In this document: in pieces, positions 39,001 to 50,400 of the stretch | How the letters are laid out: every line of letters starts with the position of its first letter | How positions within the stretch are numbered: position 1 is the first letter of the stretch | Source: Phoronis australis | Taxonomy: Eukaryota > Animalia > Phoronida | Direction: 5' to 3' | Assembly: GCA_002633005.1 (NCBI GenBank) | Contig: NMRA01000433.1 | Span: forward strand, 248,001 to 312,000 | DNA: 64,000 nucleotides | The notes under the pieces: generated by a model | Told to the model about the DNA's origin: nothing | The model's database searches: none | The model's input: the letters and a program-made list of their open reading frames with translations, nothing else | Program-made: the position numbers and the translations under genes

Positions 39001-42000
39001 TGTAGTTGTCAAGGAGGTCGGTGCAAGTGGCGCCATTTAGGCACGGGGACGAGATGCAGGCGTTGGCTGAAAAAGAGCAGAAAACAACTGTAGGAATGGT
39101 GAGAAACAACTACAGTGCTATTTCTAGAAATGTTGCATATGCTGCCGAACGGCAACAACTGGAGCTGGAAGGTCGCTGTTCGTGATCTTTATACAATTGA
39201 TCGCCCCAAAGGAGCAGACGAGCAATACAATATTTGAGAAACGGCCCTTACACTATATATCCTACACAAATCAACATTCAGTATATCATGGGATGAAAAC
39301 GATTTCATGGCAGCGTCTGTCAAATTCCAACCTTGTATTAATACATGTATAATGAGTCCACATGAAGGCGGACAAAATGCGCGGCCTCTTATATTATTAC
39401 TGCGGTCGTAGTGGAGTTTTTGCTCATGCCATATTAATAAGAATATGTCATTCAAAATAATAAGCTGTTTGGCCATAAATTGACCGCAATGACAATGACG
39501 ATAGTGAAGACGATGATGAGAAAGTTGACGACGGCTATGATGATGATACTTCGTATTTCTAATTAAAAATGATGATGAAAACGGTATCCGGTAACGTGAC
39601 TCGCCTTATAGTGATCACGTCATAAGACAAAAGTACTGCTTAAGTGCTTACCCAAACTGGCGTATACGCTGAAGTGACTACCGTCTCCACACCTCTGACT
39701 GGAGTCGGCATTACAATTGGTAGTGCACCTGTTGAACTGTTTGTTCGAGGAGCGAGTGTGGTACTCGTCCGGGATGGTGAATATGCCAGTTTGGACACTT
39801 GTCAAGTCATCGGTGCACCAGCATTCCTGCACATACGCGGTGGAAGATCATATGTTACACAGTGCGCCGAATAATGAAACATGAACGAGTCATGCATTGG
39901 TAAGCCAATGATCAATGCCGAGGAGAAAGGCGAAATGATGGACGGAGGTGCNGCTAAGACAAATCTTACATTTCAGTAAATTTTAAAATATAAGTTAAAG
40001 TTGTCTGAAAACCAATTCAAAATAGAGATTTTGAGTTTGATTTAAGTGTTTGACATAAGTTTTGTCTTAATTTTGACTAACTTACCAAATGTGGAAGTTT
40101 CAAAGTTTGGAATTTAAGACAAATCTTAAACTTAAGTCAAAAATGAACTTAAGTCAGTTTCTTGGAACAGGCCCCAGAACGATAATCCTATAAGAACCAA
40201 TTCAGCGCGTTACTTAAGCAAATACTACGCGTTAATTAAGCAAATACTACGCGTTGTTTAAGCAAAAGTGCGCGTTTATACAACGCCAAGAAAGGTACTC
40301 TTTGAAAAACCCTTTGTTGCTTCATACGCATGAGAACGTGTCGTGCACACAAAATCTTACATTTCCGTTCTTCAACCCAGCATACTTGTATCCATCCGAC
40401 CAGCATTTCGCAGTGCACGTTTGCGGAGTCACCCCGCCGGTAGGTGTCACCTGGGTGGTGAAGGAGGGATTGCTGCTTTGAAAACAGCCAATGTAGTCCA
40501 ATCCGTTAACGACTTTCTTGGAGTTAACTGGCAGAGAATAACAAAATGTTCGTCTTTACTATTTTTCATATTTGATTATCAAGATGTCATCGTCAGGTGT
40601 TACCTAACTATCGCGCGTACGTGTAGGCTAATTACACAGAAATGTTGCCGAAATATGCTAAAAACATGGGATTAGTGGTTTTTAATTTCAATGTGGCGGC
40701 GGTTACATGAAGAAGTCTACGATATTTTGTGAGCGAAACTAGTCCAGCTGGTTGTTGTAACTGATCACATTTCATTTAGAATATACGTCATCTAATTAGT
40801 GCGCCACGTATCGCTAATTAGGCCAAGTTTGTTATCGTGAATTCTGAAATAAATCAAGCAGCGAGGACAAATCTTTGCGTTGAAGCAACCAATAAAGTCC
40901 CCCGTATGTAGAACTAAGTAGAAACGTCAATTCAACGTATAAGAAAACCAAAAATCATTCTCCGAAACAACAGCTTTCAAGTATGACGTTGCATTTGGTT
41001 TTCTTGAACGGTTCCGTGATTTCCACAAGCCAGTCAGTCTACATGAACGCCCATATTCGGATAATCATCCGGAAGTTGAAGGAGAGTTGTAGTTTTGGAG
41101 GCTCAGTTGTCACTTTTCAAATTGAAAAGTTAAAAAGAATGTCACATTTTCTCTGTTGTTTTCCTCACTCGTCTACGCCCGATGAACAAAGCACACCAGG
41201 TTGTAAATAAAAACTTCGATTTTTCGTTCACCACAAGCTGATTACTTGTCCAAATCAATCGGATGTATATATACATATATATACCCAAATCAATAGTTTT
41301 TCAAAAACTGCTGACTCCAGCTTCAACGTTATTTAATAATTAGATCTTAAGTTCTGCAGTATGCGGACGTTTAGGTCACGCTCTGCATGAGATTTTTGCT
41401 CTCTTCGTGTTCAGCTAACATTTGAATTTCCTTTTTACAGTGATCTAAGAGACAAATCCCTTCCTGAAAGATATTAAGAGACACCAAATACAGACAAAAT
41501 TATAACGTAATGCAAATGGAAAACAAAACTAGAGTATGGTGTGTCTGTAAATTTAGAGACGAGAACAGTGTTCAGTTTCCAATTGGGATTACTCTCATGG
41601 CATTTTACTTTTATTTTGTACCGTATTTTAACAAGAGCCAGGAACAAACGAATAAACTTTATTATACATACATACAAACATTCGGTAGTAGCTTTCATAG
41701 ACAAGAAATTGGTTGAAGCCATGAATGTACTTTTTGTTACACAGCTTAATATATGGTTGCACTCAACAGTTAGGCTGGTGCCACGGCCAACTGCCACTCC
41801 CAAAACATTAAAACTTTGGGGTAGACCAAGTTTGGGGCATTTTGTAGGTACATGTAAGCATTGCATGTAGGCTCAGTGAATGTGGTTTGTTTGTGTTTGT
41901 GATCAGATTGAAAACGAAAAGATACTACTTGTTCGGCTGTAACTGCACTCTTCTTCAAGATGGCGGCCCCCGGGTGCAATAATTTAATTGTGCATTGCTG

Positions 42001-44318
42001 GGTAGCGACTGAGAAATTGGATGCGATTTCAGGTAGCCATCAAACAAGTCAGAATTGCCAAACAACTAGGTTGTTGACAGCACATTTGAACTACATTTTC
42101 GGAATCTGTAGGAAATTTACTTTCAGAATCTAATGTTGGATTTAGTCGTGTATTGGCACGGAAGTGGTATTTTTATGTTGAAATGTGCCAATTTCGTGCT
42201 TTTTGCCCCTTTTTCTCAGCCTACCTTGCTTTTCAGTAGGATTGGAAGGGCCAAAATGCGAGACAATAAATTTTCTGTGCTCATCTGAAGGGCTTTTTAT
42301 GTGAAATAACTGAAAACATGCAATTCTTTGCGTTCTGTTTTCGACAGAGTGAAGAAAAGGTGACAAATCAAGTGGCGTGTGTGTTTGCTGGGCAAAACCC
42401 AGTGAGAACTGGTCTGTGCTTCCTATACTCGCTCGTAGTCTCAAAAAATTTCCTATCTTCAAGTGTGTAGTTATGACGCAAAGCACCAAGAGACGCAACG
42501 GACAAACAAGTTAAAACACCAGCTACATTTCTGAACCACGCGTCTCATCATTAGGCAATGAGAGAAATGAACTCACATGAACCCCAAAACTGTGAAATAA
42601 GATCATTTTTACACCAACATGGCCAAAAATAACTTGGCAAAAAAAGCTGACGATGCCGCTATTCGATATGTTGAAAACGATACAATTTGGTTAAAGATTT
42701 TAGAGTCCCTATTGGTCACTCACGGAAAACCTGTGCTGAATGAGCAGCTGACAGGCGTGTACTGCACGCTGGCTCAGTTCCGTTAGTCTGGCTTCCTACC
42801 GTGTGATACATTCACACTCTCTGCTTTTATGCCCTCTACCAACCTCCCGTTCAGTAACGCTACAACCTCGCTTAAAAGCAAGACTTTGCGAGATTACGCG
42901 AGATATTGCCGTGTATTTTAAATAAGAGCACGTGACTTTGACTAGGTTTTAACTAGGTCCTAGCGTAGGTCCTAGCGTCTACTGAACGCACGCCTGCTGT
43001 CACATTCTATTTCACTGTTTCTTTCGCTTCCTGTATATTTCTCTCACTCATTGCCTGACGATGAGACACATACATACATACATACATACATACATACATA
43101 CATTTATATATACATACATACATATATACATACATGTACACAGTATAGGCCCAACAAGTTTTGCCTACAGGAAATTTACGAAGTTAAACTAAAGAGTCAC
43201 TTTTCTCAAAATACGATGTCACGTGATTGAAAACGAATGTGTGACTTTTTAAAGAGAGAATTCATTTTTGCAACCACTGGGATTCCATAAGAACTTAGTA
43301 AAATAGTAAAAATGCGGTGTAATGCGAAAGAACTTCGTGAATGTTGACAATTACCTTATGTATGTACTGCACGTGAAATGTGTTGCATTAAATTGCCATC
43401 ATGAGAATCAAGGAAAACGGAGGAACATTTCACCGAAATGGCTGATCGGATTCATATGAAACTCTCGGGTACCAAGTACCCGTCCTCCAAAGCTTGCAAG
43501 TAATTTTTATTTTTTTTCCTTTTGAAGGCTATAAAAAGCAAGACATTTATGATTTTGATGACAAAAAACACAATTGTTGCATAAAACGATAACAAGAGGG
43601 ACATTAAAAAGGTGACTTTTTGAGATCTGATCTTCAACATTTAGATCAAATGAAATTTGATCGTGCTATTTATGCCGTTGTTTTGATACCGAAGTACATT
43701 TATTCTTCCATGTGCTGAGCTTTACTGTAAAGACATGGTCACGCGTTCCAATCAATGGCAGATTGCGTACTGAGTTAGAATCTACACTTTTGTGGATATT
43801 TTGCTAATTCCACATAGTAGCCGACAGGTCGTACATATTCTTGATAAAATCCCAACTGACTAAAATTGGTATTAAACAGCCACATTAAAATTTTTGAAGT
43901 CGTCACTTCTCCATAATGAACAACCTTTTGTCAATACGGGATGATACCCGTCAATCGTCATCAACGCATTTTATGAAATACAAGAACAAAAAGTAAAACA
44001 AAATTAAATATTTCAGAGTAACGTTTAATCTAATTTCTCTGTTGTAAGAGATTTCATTATAAGAGCGAAAACCATTGTGTAATTTTCCAAGACTTCACCT
44101 GTTTCAGCATAAGTACTGTACGACCTGTAAAAAGCCGTGAACCTGTATCTGACAACAACAGTAAATATTCCTTCAAACTACCAGTGTTGCAATAAAAAGG
44201 GCCTCAACTTGTAGTAATTCAATCGTAACTACTGCAGAAAGTCCGAGATACTATTGTCTCGCTTACCGTTACAAAACCTTGTCAAAATAACAAGAAGAAC
44301 CCAGATCCGTTTCTCCAT
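35183..44318 (-). CDS. Gene B: secreted 382-aa WSC-EGF-PAN-like-F5/8C (discoidin) protein, tandem paralogue of gene A, 8 coding exons
   Basis: Exon lengths 52+167+175+111+147+239+90+168 = 1149 nt, in frame from ATG to TAA; the six internal exon lengths are identical to gene A. Confidence 0.88.
35640..36003. repeat. Degenerate-to-perfect (GAT)n microsatellite with an N at 35940, in the last intron of gene B
   Basis: Visible directly; it explains the spurious poly-His/poly-Ile ORFs at 35572 and 35625. Confidence 0.95.
36298..36387 (-). CDS. Gene B exon 7: discoidin domain, part 2
   Basis: GRFDNNERIYTYKIQYSLDGSTWTWYKDQK; acceptor TTTTCCAG|, donor AAG|GTAGGG. Confidence 0.92.
36426..36575. mobile_element. 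About 150-bp MITE, family copy 2
   Basis: CAGTGGAGGATT...TTCCATTTGGCAGTTTGGGGTGCGAATTTCTGACG...TGGATCCG; homologous to 31612-31763. Confidence 0.7.
36821..37059 (-). CDS. Gene B exon 6: discoidin domain, part 1
   Basis: (D)GELRGCFAPQPLGLEDGTIPDSKMTASSQAGGHESYRARLYSDRNDGADGWRSSGTSQNAEWFRVELPSVHRVTAVATQ; acceptor TTGCAG|, donor |GTACGT. Confidence 0.93.
37190..37227. repeat. (TA)n/(TATATG)n microsatellite
   Basis: Visible directly. Confidence 0.9.
37676..37822 (-). CDS. Gene B exon 5: short 4-Cys PAN/apple-like module
   Basis: (G)ESITHTAIEGLSYSECINTCVKTLNATVCEYARHTQQTCILASKYKNL; 147 nt; acceptor TTTGCAG|, donor G|GTAGAT. Confidence 0.82.
38045..38747. mobile_element. Possible non-autonomous TIR element with internal GC-rich palindrome
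   Basis: GTGTCCCCG near the left end and CGGGGACACTG at the right end; central GGGGGAGGGGCTCG...CGAGCCCCCCCC hairpin at about 38494-38533. Confidence 0.4.
38956..39066 (-). CDS. Gene B exon 4: EGF-like domain
   Basis: (A)NACISSPCLNGATCTDLLDNYNCTCKKGNYGKNCDL; acceptor TTTTTCAG|, donor G|GTGAGA. Confidence 0.93.
39652..39826 (-). CDS. Gene B exon 3: WSC domain, C-terminal half
   Basis: ECWCTDDLTSVQTGIFTIPDEYHTRSSNKQFNRCTTNCNADSSQRCGDGSHFSVYASL; acceptor TGCAG|, donor G|GTAAGC. Confidence 0.92.
39953..40177. mobile_element. Right part of a TIR element with TAAGACAAA/CTTAAGTC subrepeats, cut by the N at 39952
   Basis: Repeated and inverted TAAGACAAATCTTA, TTTTGTCTTAA and ACTTAAGTCA motifs ending in TTCTTGGAACAGGCCCCAG. 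Confidence 0.5.
40206..40277. repeat. About 22-bp tandem repeat, three copies (CGCGTTAxTTAAGCAAATACTA)
   Basis: Visible directly. Confidence 0.8.
40361..40527 (-). CDS. Gene B exon 2: WSC domain, N-terminal half
   Basis: (V)NSKKVVNGLDYIGCFQSSNPSFTTQVTPTGGVTPQTCTAKCWSDGYKYAGLKNGN; acceptor TCTGCCAG|, donor |GTAAGA. Confidence 0.92.
42843..42994. mobile_element. About 155-bp MITE with CGTTCAGTAACGCT-type TIRs, copy 1
   Basis: Ends CCTCCCGTTCAGTAACGCTA and TAGCGTCTACTGAACGCACGCC; reverse-complement homologue at 45452-45615; partial relatives near 56780 and 59265. Confidence 0.75.
43069..43135. repeat. (CATA)n microsatellite
   Basis: Visible directly. Confidence 0.92.
44267..44318 (-). CDS. 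Gene B exon 1: signal peptide
   Basis: MEKRIWVLLVILTRFCN followed by phase-1 donor G|GTAAGC; splicing to 40527 gives ...CNVNS-KK. Confidence 0.72.
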
Positions 44319-45451
44319 ATTGATGTGTGCACACAGCAATGGTGAGAGGTCAATGCTATATTGGGTTTTACAGATTATTCGATATCAGCGAGGTCCAAAA
44401 CAAATACAGTTAAAAGGTATGTTCGATCTCCGACGGCTCTTTCTTTGTTGTTCCCTTTGTCCGAGTAGCAATCACTATCGGGAAGATCGAAAATAGTTTG
44501 CATGGGTCGGTCTATGGCCACGGTTCGGGTCTTTGTAGAAAATGGCGTGGATCAAGTTTGTGGACTAAATGAAAACCGTTTACCAAGAATGTCATTCAGT
44601 TGTTCCGTGAGGTTGTTTTGAGTAAAGTGAATTCAGAAATTTGGGCCTGCTCTTATCTACAGGGATTCGGAAGTCCAGCCAATTTTCTGAGCACATCCTT
44701 GTTCAATGTTGAATTTTTGGCGCGAATCCAGCTACCCTTTGAAGAAGAAAATTTGGAAAATTTGGTCGGTGATTACATAATTATTTAAACATAAATTCTA
44801 GAGAGCAAGGGCATTAGGACTATGGTCTCCTCCTTTGCAACAAGACAATTCGGAATTTGCTATTTTAGGTACACAAAGACAAAAATTGCGATTTTTAAAA
44901 CATTTTTGCAGCTCAACTTTTCCGGTGGATGTACAGTGTTGCAATTCAAAAAGACATCAGGCTTTGTTGAATTTCTTCAAGTTCAAGAAACCCATAGAGT
45001 TTGCTTTCTGTCAGTTATTTCTTTTTCAGGTGCCTCGAAACACGGTGCCAGCATGGTCTTTCATTGACCCAGACCAGTGATAACGTCAAAATCAGCCACT
45101 CGAGTTGGGGTTTTTGCCTTTGCCATTTTACACTCATGTCAGAAACACGCAACCTGTCTATAACTAAATACTTCTACTACTGAAACTGGTTTTCCCCGGC
45201 TGGTGACGTCTTTTTTAGTTCTCTCTTACGGAAATACTCTACTGCGTTACGGGGACATGTACACCTAAATATGTTCGGGCAAATGTCTCTTAGACCACTG
45301 AAAGCGTCAACACCGAACAAGCAACCAGTTGGCATAGGCAAAGATAATCCGAAAAATTATTCCTCCTTCCGGCAGACCACAGATATATTTCATAACCAAC
45401 TTACACCCAATTATGGTTTTCGGTTCTAAAACTTTACAAAAATTGACATCT

Positions 45452-45615
45452 GGCGTGCGTTCAGTAACGCTGGGACCTACATGTACGCTAGGACCTAGCA
45501 AAAATCTAGTCAAAGCCACATGTTCTCATTTAAAATACACGGCAATGTTTCCCGTAAACTCGCGAAGTTTTGCTTTTTAGCGAGGTTCTACAGTTACAGT
45601 GTACTGAACGGGAGG
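45452..45615. mobile_element. About 160-bp MITE, copy 2, inverted relative to 42843-42994
   Basis: GGCGTGCGTTCAGTAACGCT...CTAGTCAAAGCCACATGTTCTCATTTAAAATACACGGCAAT...TACTGAACGGGAGG. Confidence 0.75.
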
Positions 45616-47164
45616 CAGGCTTTCGAAGGAATCCATCCCGGAAGTGCACGAGAGACACAGTTAGCACTGAATAGCCGTCAGTGACATTAGGGGATGTCTC
45701 AGGTGAAAAAATAGCCGCAAGTCGAGAGATTTCTGAGTTATCTTGTCATTGACTTGGAGAGTTCAATTCTTTTGAGTACTGGGGAAATCGACAAGAAAAG
45801 TAGGCACATGGTGTGGAGAATTTCCAAATTTCTGGGAAGTCGTAAGCACTGATTCAAGAAAACAACTTGAAACGTAGGTTTCCAAACCCGAAATACGCCA
45901 ATCTCTTGTTCAGATACGATATTTGGACAAGCCTGTTGAAACCTGTCAAAAATCTGGCAACCAGTGCAGCTACTGAAAATCAAAAAAACGCAATAAAACT
46001 GGGTGCAACGCCTGAGGCAAAAGAGAAAAACGTGTACGAAGCAAAATGCCAGGGAACACGACGTCACGACCAACGATCGACCGCACATTGAACAATCAAC
46101 ACAGAAGCCGCGCTATTTGTCATACTACTTTGCCTAAGATCTAATGCAGTCATACTAGTTCGGATGAACAATCGTGTACAGCATGGCTTACTCTTTTACG
46201 GGAAGTTGTACCTGTAAACGTTCATTTGGTATCTGGAATTAGACGGTGGCGCCTATATGTGATGTTTATACAATCATGCAGCCTTCGACATTGAGCAACA
46301 CTGCCCCGATTTTCTGCAGTTAAAGCAATTTTGAAACCTTGCGTACATACATTTATTTTTTTGATTTCATAATCGTTCTGAGAACATCTGTAAGATTGTT
46401 AAGGCAGGAAGATTGATGTCTCACACCAACTTACACCAAAGAAAATGTCATTTATCCTCAATTCCACCTTTGTCGCAGCATGGGACATGACCATCTTAAA
46501 CGTTCCACATACCTCAGGCAAGATGGGTATGGGATTTATACCGTTAAGAGGACAATACGAAAACTTTAGCCACCTTATCAAACATGGCATATCGGTATGT
46601 TTTGTGTACTGAACTTTCGCGGAATAAGAATTCGCGAACTTTCAATTCAGCGTGTTTTGTAATGGCTAAAAGTACATGTATACTAAATTCTATTTTGGTG
46701 ATTTTAGCCAATCCTCGTTCTGTCACCTGTTAATGCACCGTTGTCGTCTCACTTGAGTGATAAAAGCACAAATCATCTAAAACACACATTGCCCGTGTCA
46801 AAGATTGGATATTGCCGCGGTTCTCGGCGTGTTGGCTTTCCGGTCGTGTAACTGGCCTAAAGCGTAGGTCACACTTGTCCGTTCAGCAGACTTTGTAATG
46901 AGTTTACGAAATTTGCTCCAAACGTTTGAGTGTTGTAGAAGGTTATAGGGCATTATGTTGTTTCAGAGAACTGGGCGGGAACGCCACTTGAAATACACGT
47001 ATGTCGGTAGGTCGATCAAGGTAGGTATCCTTTTAAAAATAGTTGCATCGGACGTGCACGGGCCGCTCAGCATTGCCCCAAACACCTGATTGACAAACTT
47101 AATCAGCTTCGGGCGCTACGGCTTACAGTTTCAATGTAGCACGTTCCAAAATTCCAATAGACTA

Positions 47165-47170
47165 TTTATT
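47165..47170 (-). terminator. Candidate polyadenylation signal (AATAAA) of gene A
   Basis: AATAAA on the minus strand about 130 nt after the stop codon. Confidence 0.45.
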
Positions 47171-47300
47171 GCGAAGAAAACATTGAAAACATTCCATTTC
47201 ATAGCAGTAGATGCAAATACAGGCAGTATGTTCTTAACCTGAGCAAAGGCAATACAAATTGATTGCATATACATCCATTCGTTCATGTTCACAAAGCACT

Positions 47301-47459
47301 TTAAGAAGCGGTATTCGGACAGCCGTATATTTCCATCCGCAAGGCGGCGTAGGACTCAGCAGATATCATCCACAATCTAACAAATTTGCCATCGAAGGGT
47401 GGGTTGAAAAACTGTGTACGAACGGAATCGATGTGATCAATCTGGTTACCTGCCAATGC
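47301..47459 (-). CDS. Gene A exon 8: discoidin domain end and stop codon
   Basis: ALAGNQIDHIDSVRTQFFNPPFDGKFVRLWMISAESYAALRMEIYGCPNTAS*; LRMEIYGC is the canonical F5/8C C-terminus; acceptor TTTTACAG|. Confidence 0.93.
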   Translation of the reverse strand, partial: ALAGNQIDHIDSVRTQFFNPPFDGKFVRLWMISAESYAALRMEIYGCPNTAS

Positions 47460-50400
47460 CTGTAAAAAGATGCAGAAAATAGATCAAGTGACATTCATAG
47501 TAAATAAGATTTTTTAATTATTTGTTGACATCTGAGGTGCAGAAGCCACATTCCAAAATAAAGTATCCATACTTTTGAAGTAAAACGTACTATGCTCTAA
47601 CTGACCTTTTCGACATGTGGGACAACAGACCAATCAGAAGGACTTGCGTACATGTATTTTCATTGTCCCAATTTACCTCGGGGTGAACTTTGAGCATGTG
47701 CGAACTTCAGTCATACGGCCAATTTTCCTTCAGTTTGAGAGCCCTACGATTCGCTTCGGCTTTATGACTGAAGCCTGAATTTTGAGGTCATGTGCGAAAA
47801 TACCAGTGGTGTTCCAGATGACCCCTAACACACTTCAAACTCGAGACGGACATGAAGGCCAAACTATAACTACAGTCGATCTACATGTTATGGCATTGCT
47901 CACAAGTCTGACGTAGCGCCAACAATGCCTCAAAGTGCTCGCTGGTTCCCTGCGTGTCGAGTCAGAACGCAGGTATCACGTCATTGGTTGATGACCTCTG
48001 CTGTCATTGGTTAGCTTTACAACAATTTAATGAGAAAATGGCCGACTAAAAACGGTTTTTAGCCTTATCTAGTGTCGTAGCGGCAACTATTTCGTTTCAG
48101 TAATGTTTAGTAACCGCGTGCTTGAAGCACGCACATGTAGTCTACAATAAGAATTGCTCTGAAACCCCCTCGACACGCCGTCATCTGGCCGGTTTAACTA
48201 GCAGGGCTATATTATTCCTACTGTGTGAATACAGGACAGCAACGTAAACAAAAGTCAGCGACAGTAGAAAGATGCACTCCGAAAAGGTGCAACCACAATT
48301 TATGGGATTCACATTTCTTGAACATGAATTTTAAGCACCGATTTGTCTGTGCAACAGACCACATTTACACTTCCTTCATCAGTCATGTTAGTTTGTTTGC
48401 CTAAAGCGCTTCCTATTGAGAATTCGACCAGCCAATCAGAAACACCGGTGTAAAAAATTCTCCGGAAAATTAAATGATACCTTCGTGCTGGCTACCACCT
48501 AGCGGCTCGCAGGGAACCAGCTAAAAGTGTAACTCAACACCAATTTGGAGTATGAGATGGGACTTGGGATCGACAATTTAAGCCATACCGAAATTCTCGA
48601 AGATGCTGGTGCAGCAATCTAATTTGCCCCTGGCTTGTTATTGGCTATCCCGTGTGACATAGCAGCGTGAATGACGAAATGCGCGCGCTTTGTTTTTCCA
48701 TAGTGTGAACATATTCTGCTGTCTGTGTTCCTTGTTTTCGTGTTATTTAAATACACTTTCGCTATGGTGAAGCGCTGCGACACGTTTATTTATTTGTTCT
48801 TCCACAGGAGAAGGCCCTCGCCGGGAAATGGCACAAATTTATGTGTAACCCAAGAATATGGGACAAAATCCAGCTATGCTTTCTAACTCCTTGTTTAAAA
48901 AAATCACTTCGCCAAGTCTTGCTTTGACAAGAATGATGTATAAATGGCCAAGATTGAACAACCCGGGAATCGAACCGGCAAGCGCCCTGACATGTATATC
49001 ACGGATCGGTTAATAGACAAATGCCCGCTAATCAGGAATCACAAATATCGTTACTTTTCTGTTAGAGCCTATTTCTACACTGGAAACTGTAAACGGGCTA
49101 ATATACATGTAGGGGTTTTATCGGTACGTTAACGTGTTCAAAGTGTGTAGATGGTGTTGAGCAACACTTTAAATGCTTTACCAAAGATCAAAATTCGTTA
49201 GGAGCCGATTACTGCATGACCAGAAATCAATAGGTTTTCTGTGAAGGACACTAACTCTTATATGCTGAAGGTTTGGGGATATTTCTTATTGATGTGATAG
49301 TCACGCCATAGGAAATCAAATTGGATCACTATCGAGTAAAGTGTTGGTAAACGCAAACTGTCTGCTACAGAGTACGGCTAGTTTAAATTTAAGAGCATAC
49401 CTGTTCGTTGTTGTACCACATCCAGTTAGATCCATCGAGAGAGAATTGGATTTTGTACGTGAAGATCCTCTCGTTATTGTCAAATCTCCCCTAAAATTAA
49501 CAATGAGCATTAGTTCCTGTCATTTTATGAAAAACATTCTCGTGATCTCAGTTTTGCATTAACCTCGTTCATTTCATGTAAAAGTCATACTATGTGTGAG
49601 TGAACGTGCACTCGTGCGTGCGTGCGTGCGTGTGTAGGTATGTATGAATTCGTTCATGCACGTGCGCACGTGTTTAATCTTTGGGTATGAATTCATGTAT
49701 TTGCATTGAATTCTTTGGATGACTCAAAAGCAGTAAGTCAAAAGCCTTGTAACATACTTGTGTTGCTACTCCTGTGACGCGATGAATGCTGGGTAATTCG
49801 ACTTGAAACCATTCCGCATTCGAACTCCCTGAGTTGGAGCGCCACCCGTCGGCGCCATCAAGCCAGTCACTGTACAGACGTGCCCTGTAACTTTCGTGGA
49901 GTTCAGATTGGGTACTGGCAGTCATTTTGCTGTCCGGTATCCGGCCATCTTCCATACCAAGTGGTTGAGGGGCCCAGCATTGATTGAGGTCTGTACCTTT
50001 GGGAAATTTCATTGATGCTTAATTATCTACGTCTTTATCCGTTGATTTATTTTTTAAATATGGAAGCCATGTTAGTACCGTTAAAATATATATTTAGGGC
50101 AGATCAAGTAAAAGAACTATTATGTTGGGACATCTCGTTTTGTTCACTAACGAGAGTTGAATATTTTGATATAATTTTGAGATCCTCACAAAACTGAGTC
50201 GTGAAATAAATTTTCTCATTTCTGTGGTTTTGATGTGGTCAGGATGGAACTCACATTATTTGTGTTAAGGTTGTGTACGCTAGAAAATATCCAACTTTGG
50301 CTATTTCCCAAGCACCATATCTCACAAATGGCTGATTGTATTCACATAAAGCCTTCAGATACTACGGTACTGTTCTTCATACACAGTTCTCCAAATGCGA

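Noticed and set aside
44099-44124. 26-nt micro-exon candidate (TTTTACAG|...CAG|GTGAAG) in gene B intron 1
   Set aside because: Its length is not a multiple of 3, so it would frameshift the model, and gene A has no counterpart.
46030-46088. MCGRSLVVTSCSLAFCFVH as gene B's signal exon (weak resemblance to gene A's leader)
   Set aside because: No phase-1 GT donor follows it, whereas 44267-44318 has a consensus G|GTAAGC donor in the correct phase. The resemblance may be chance.
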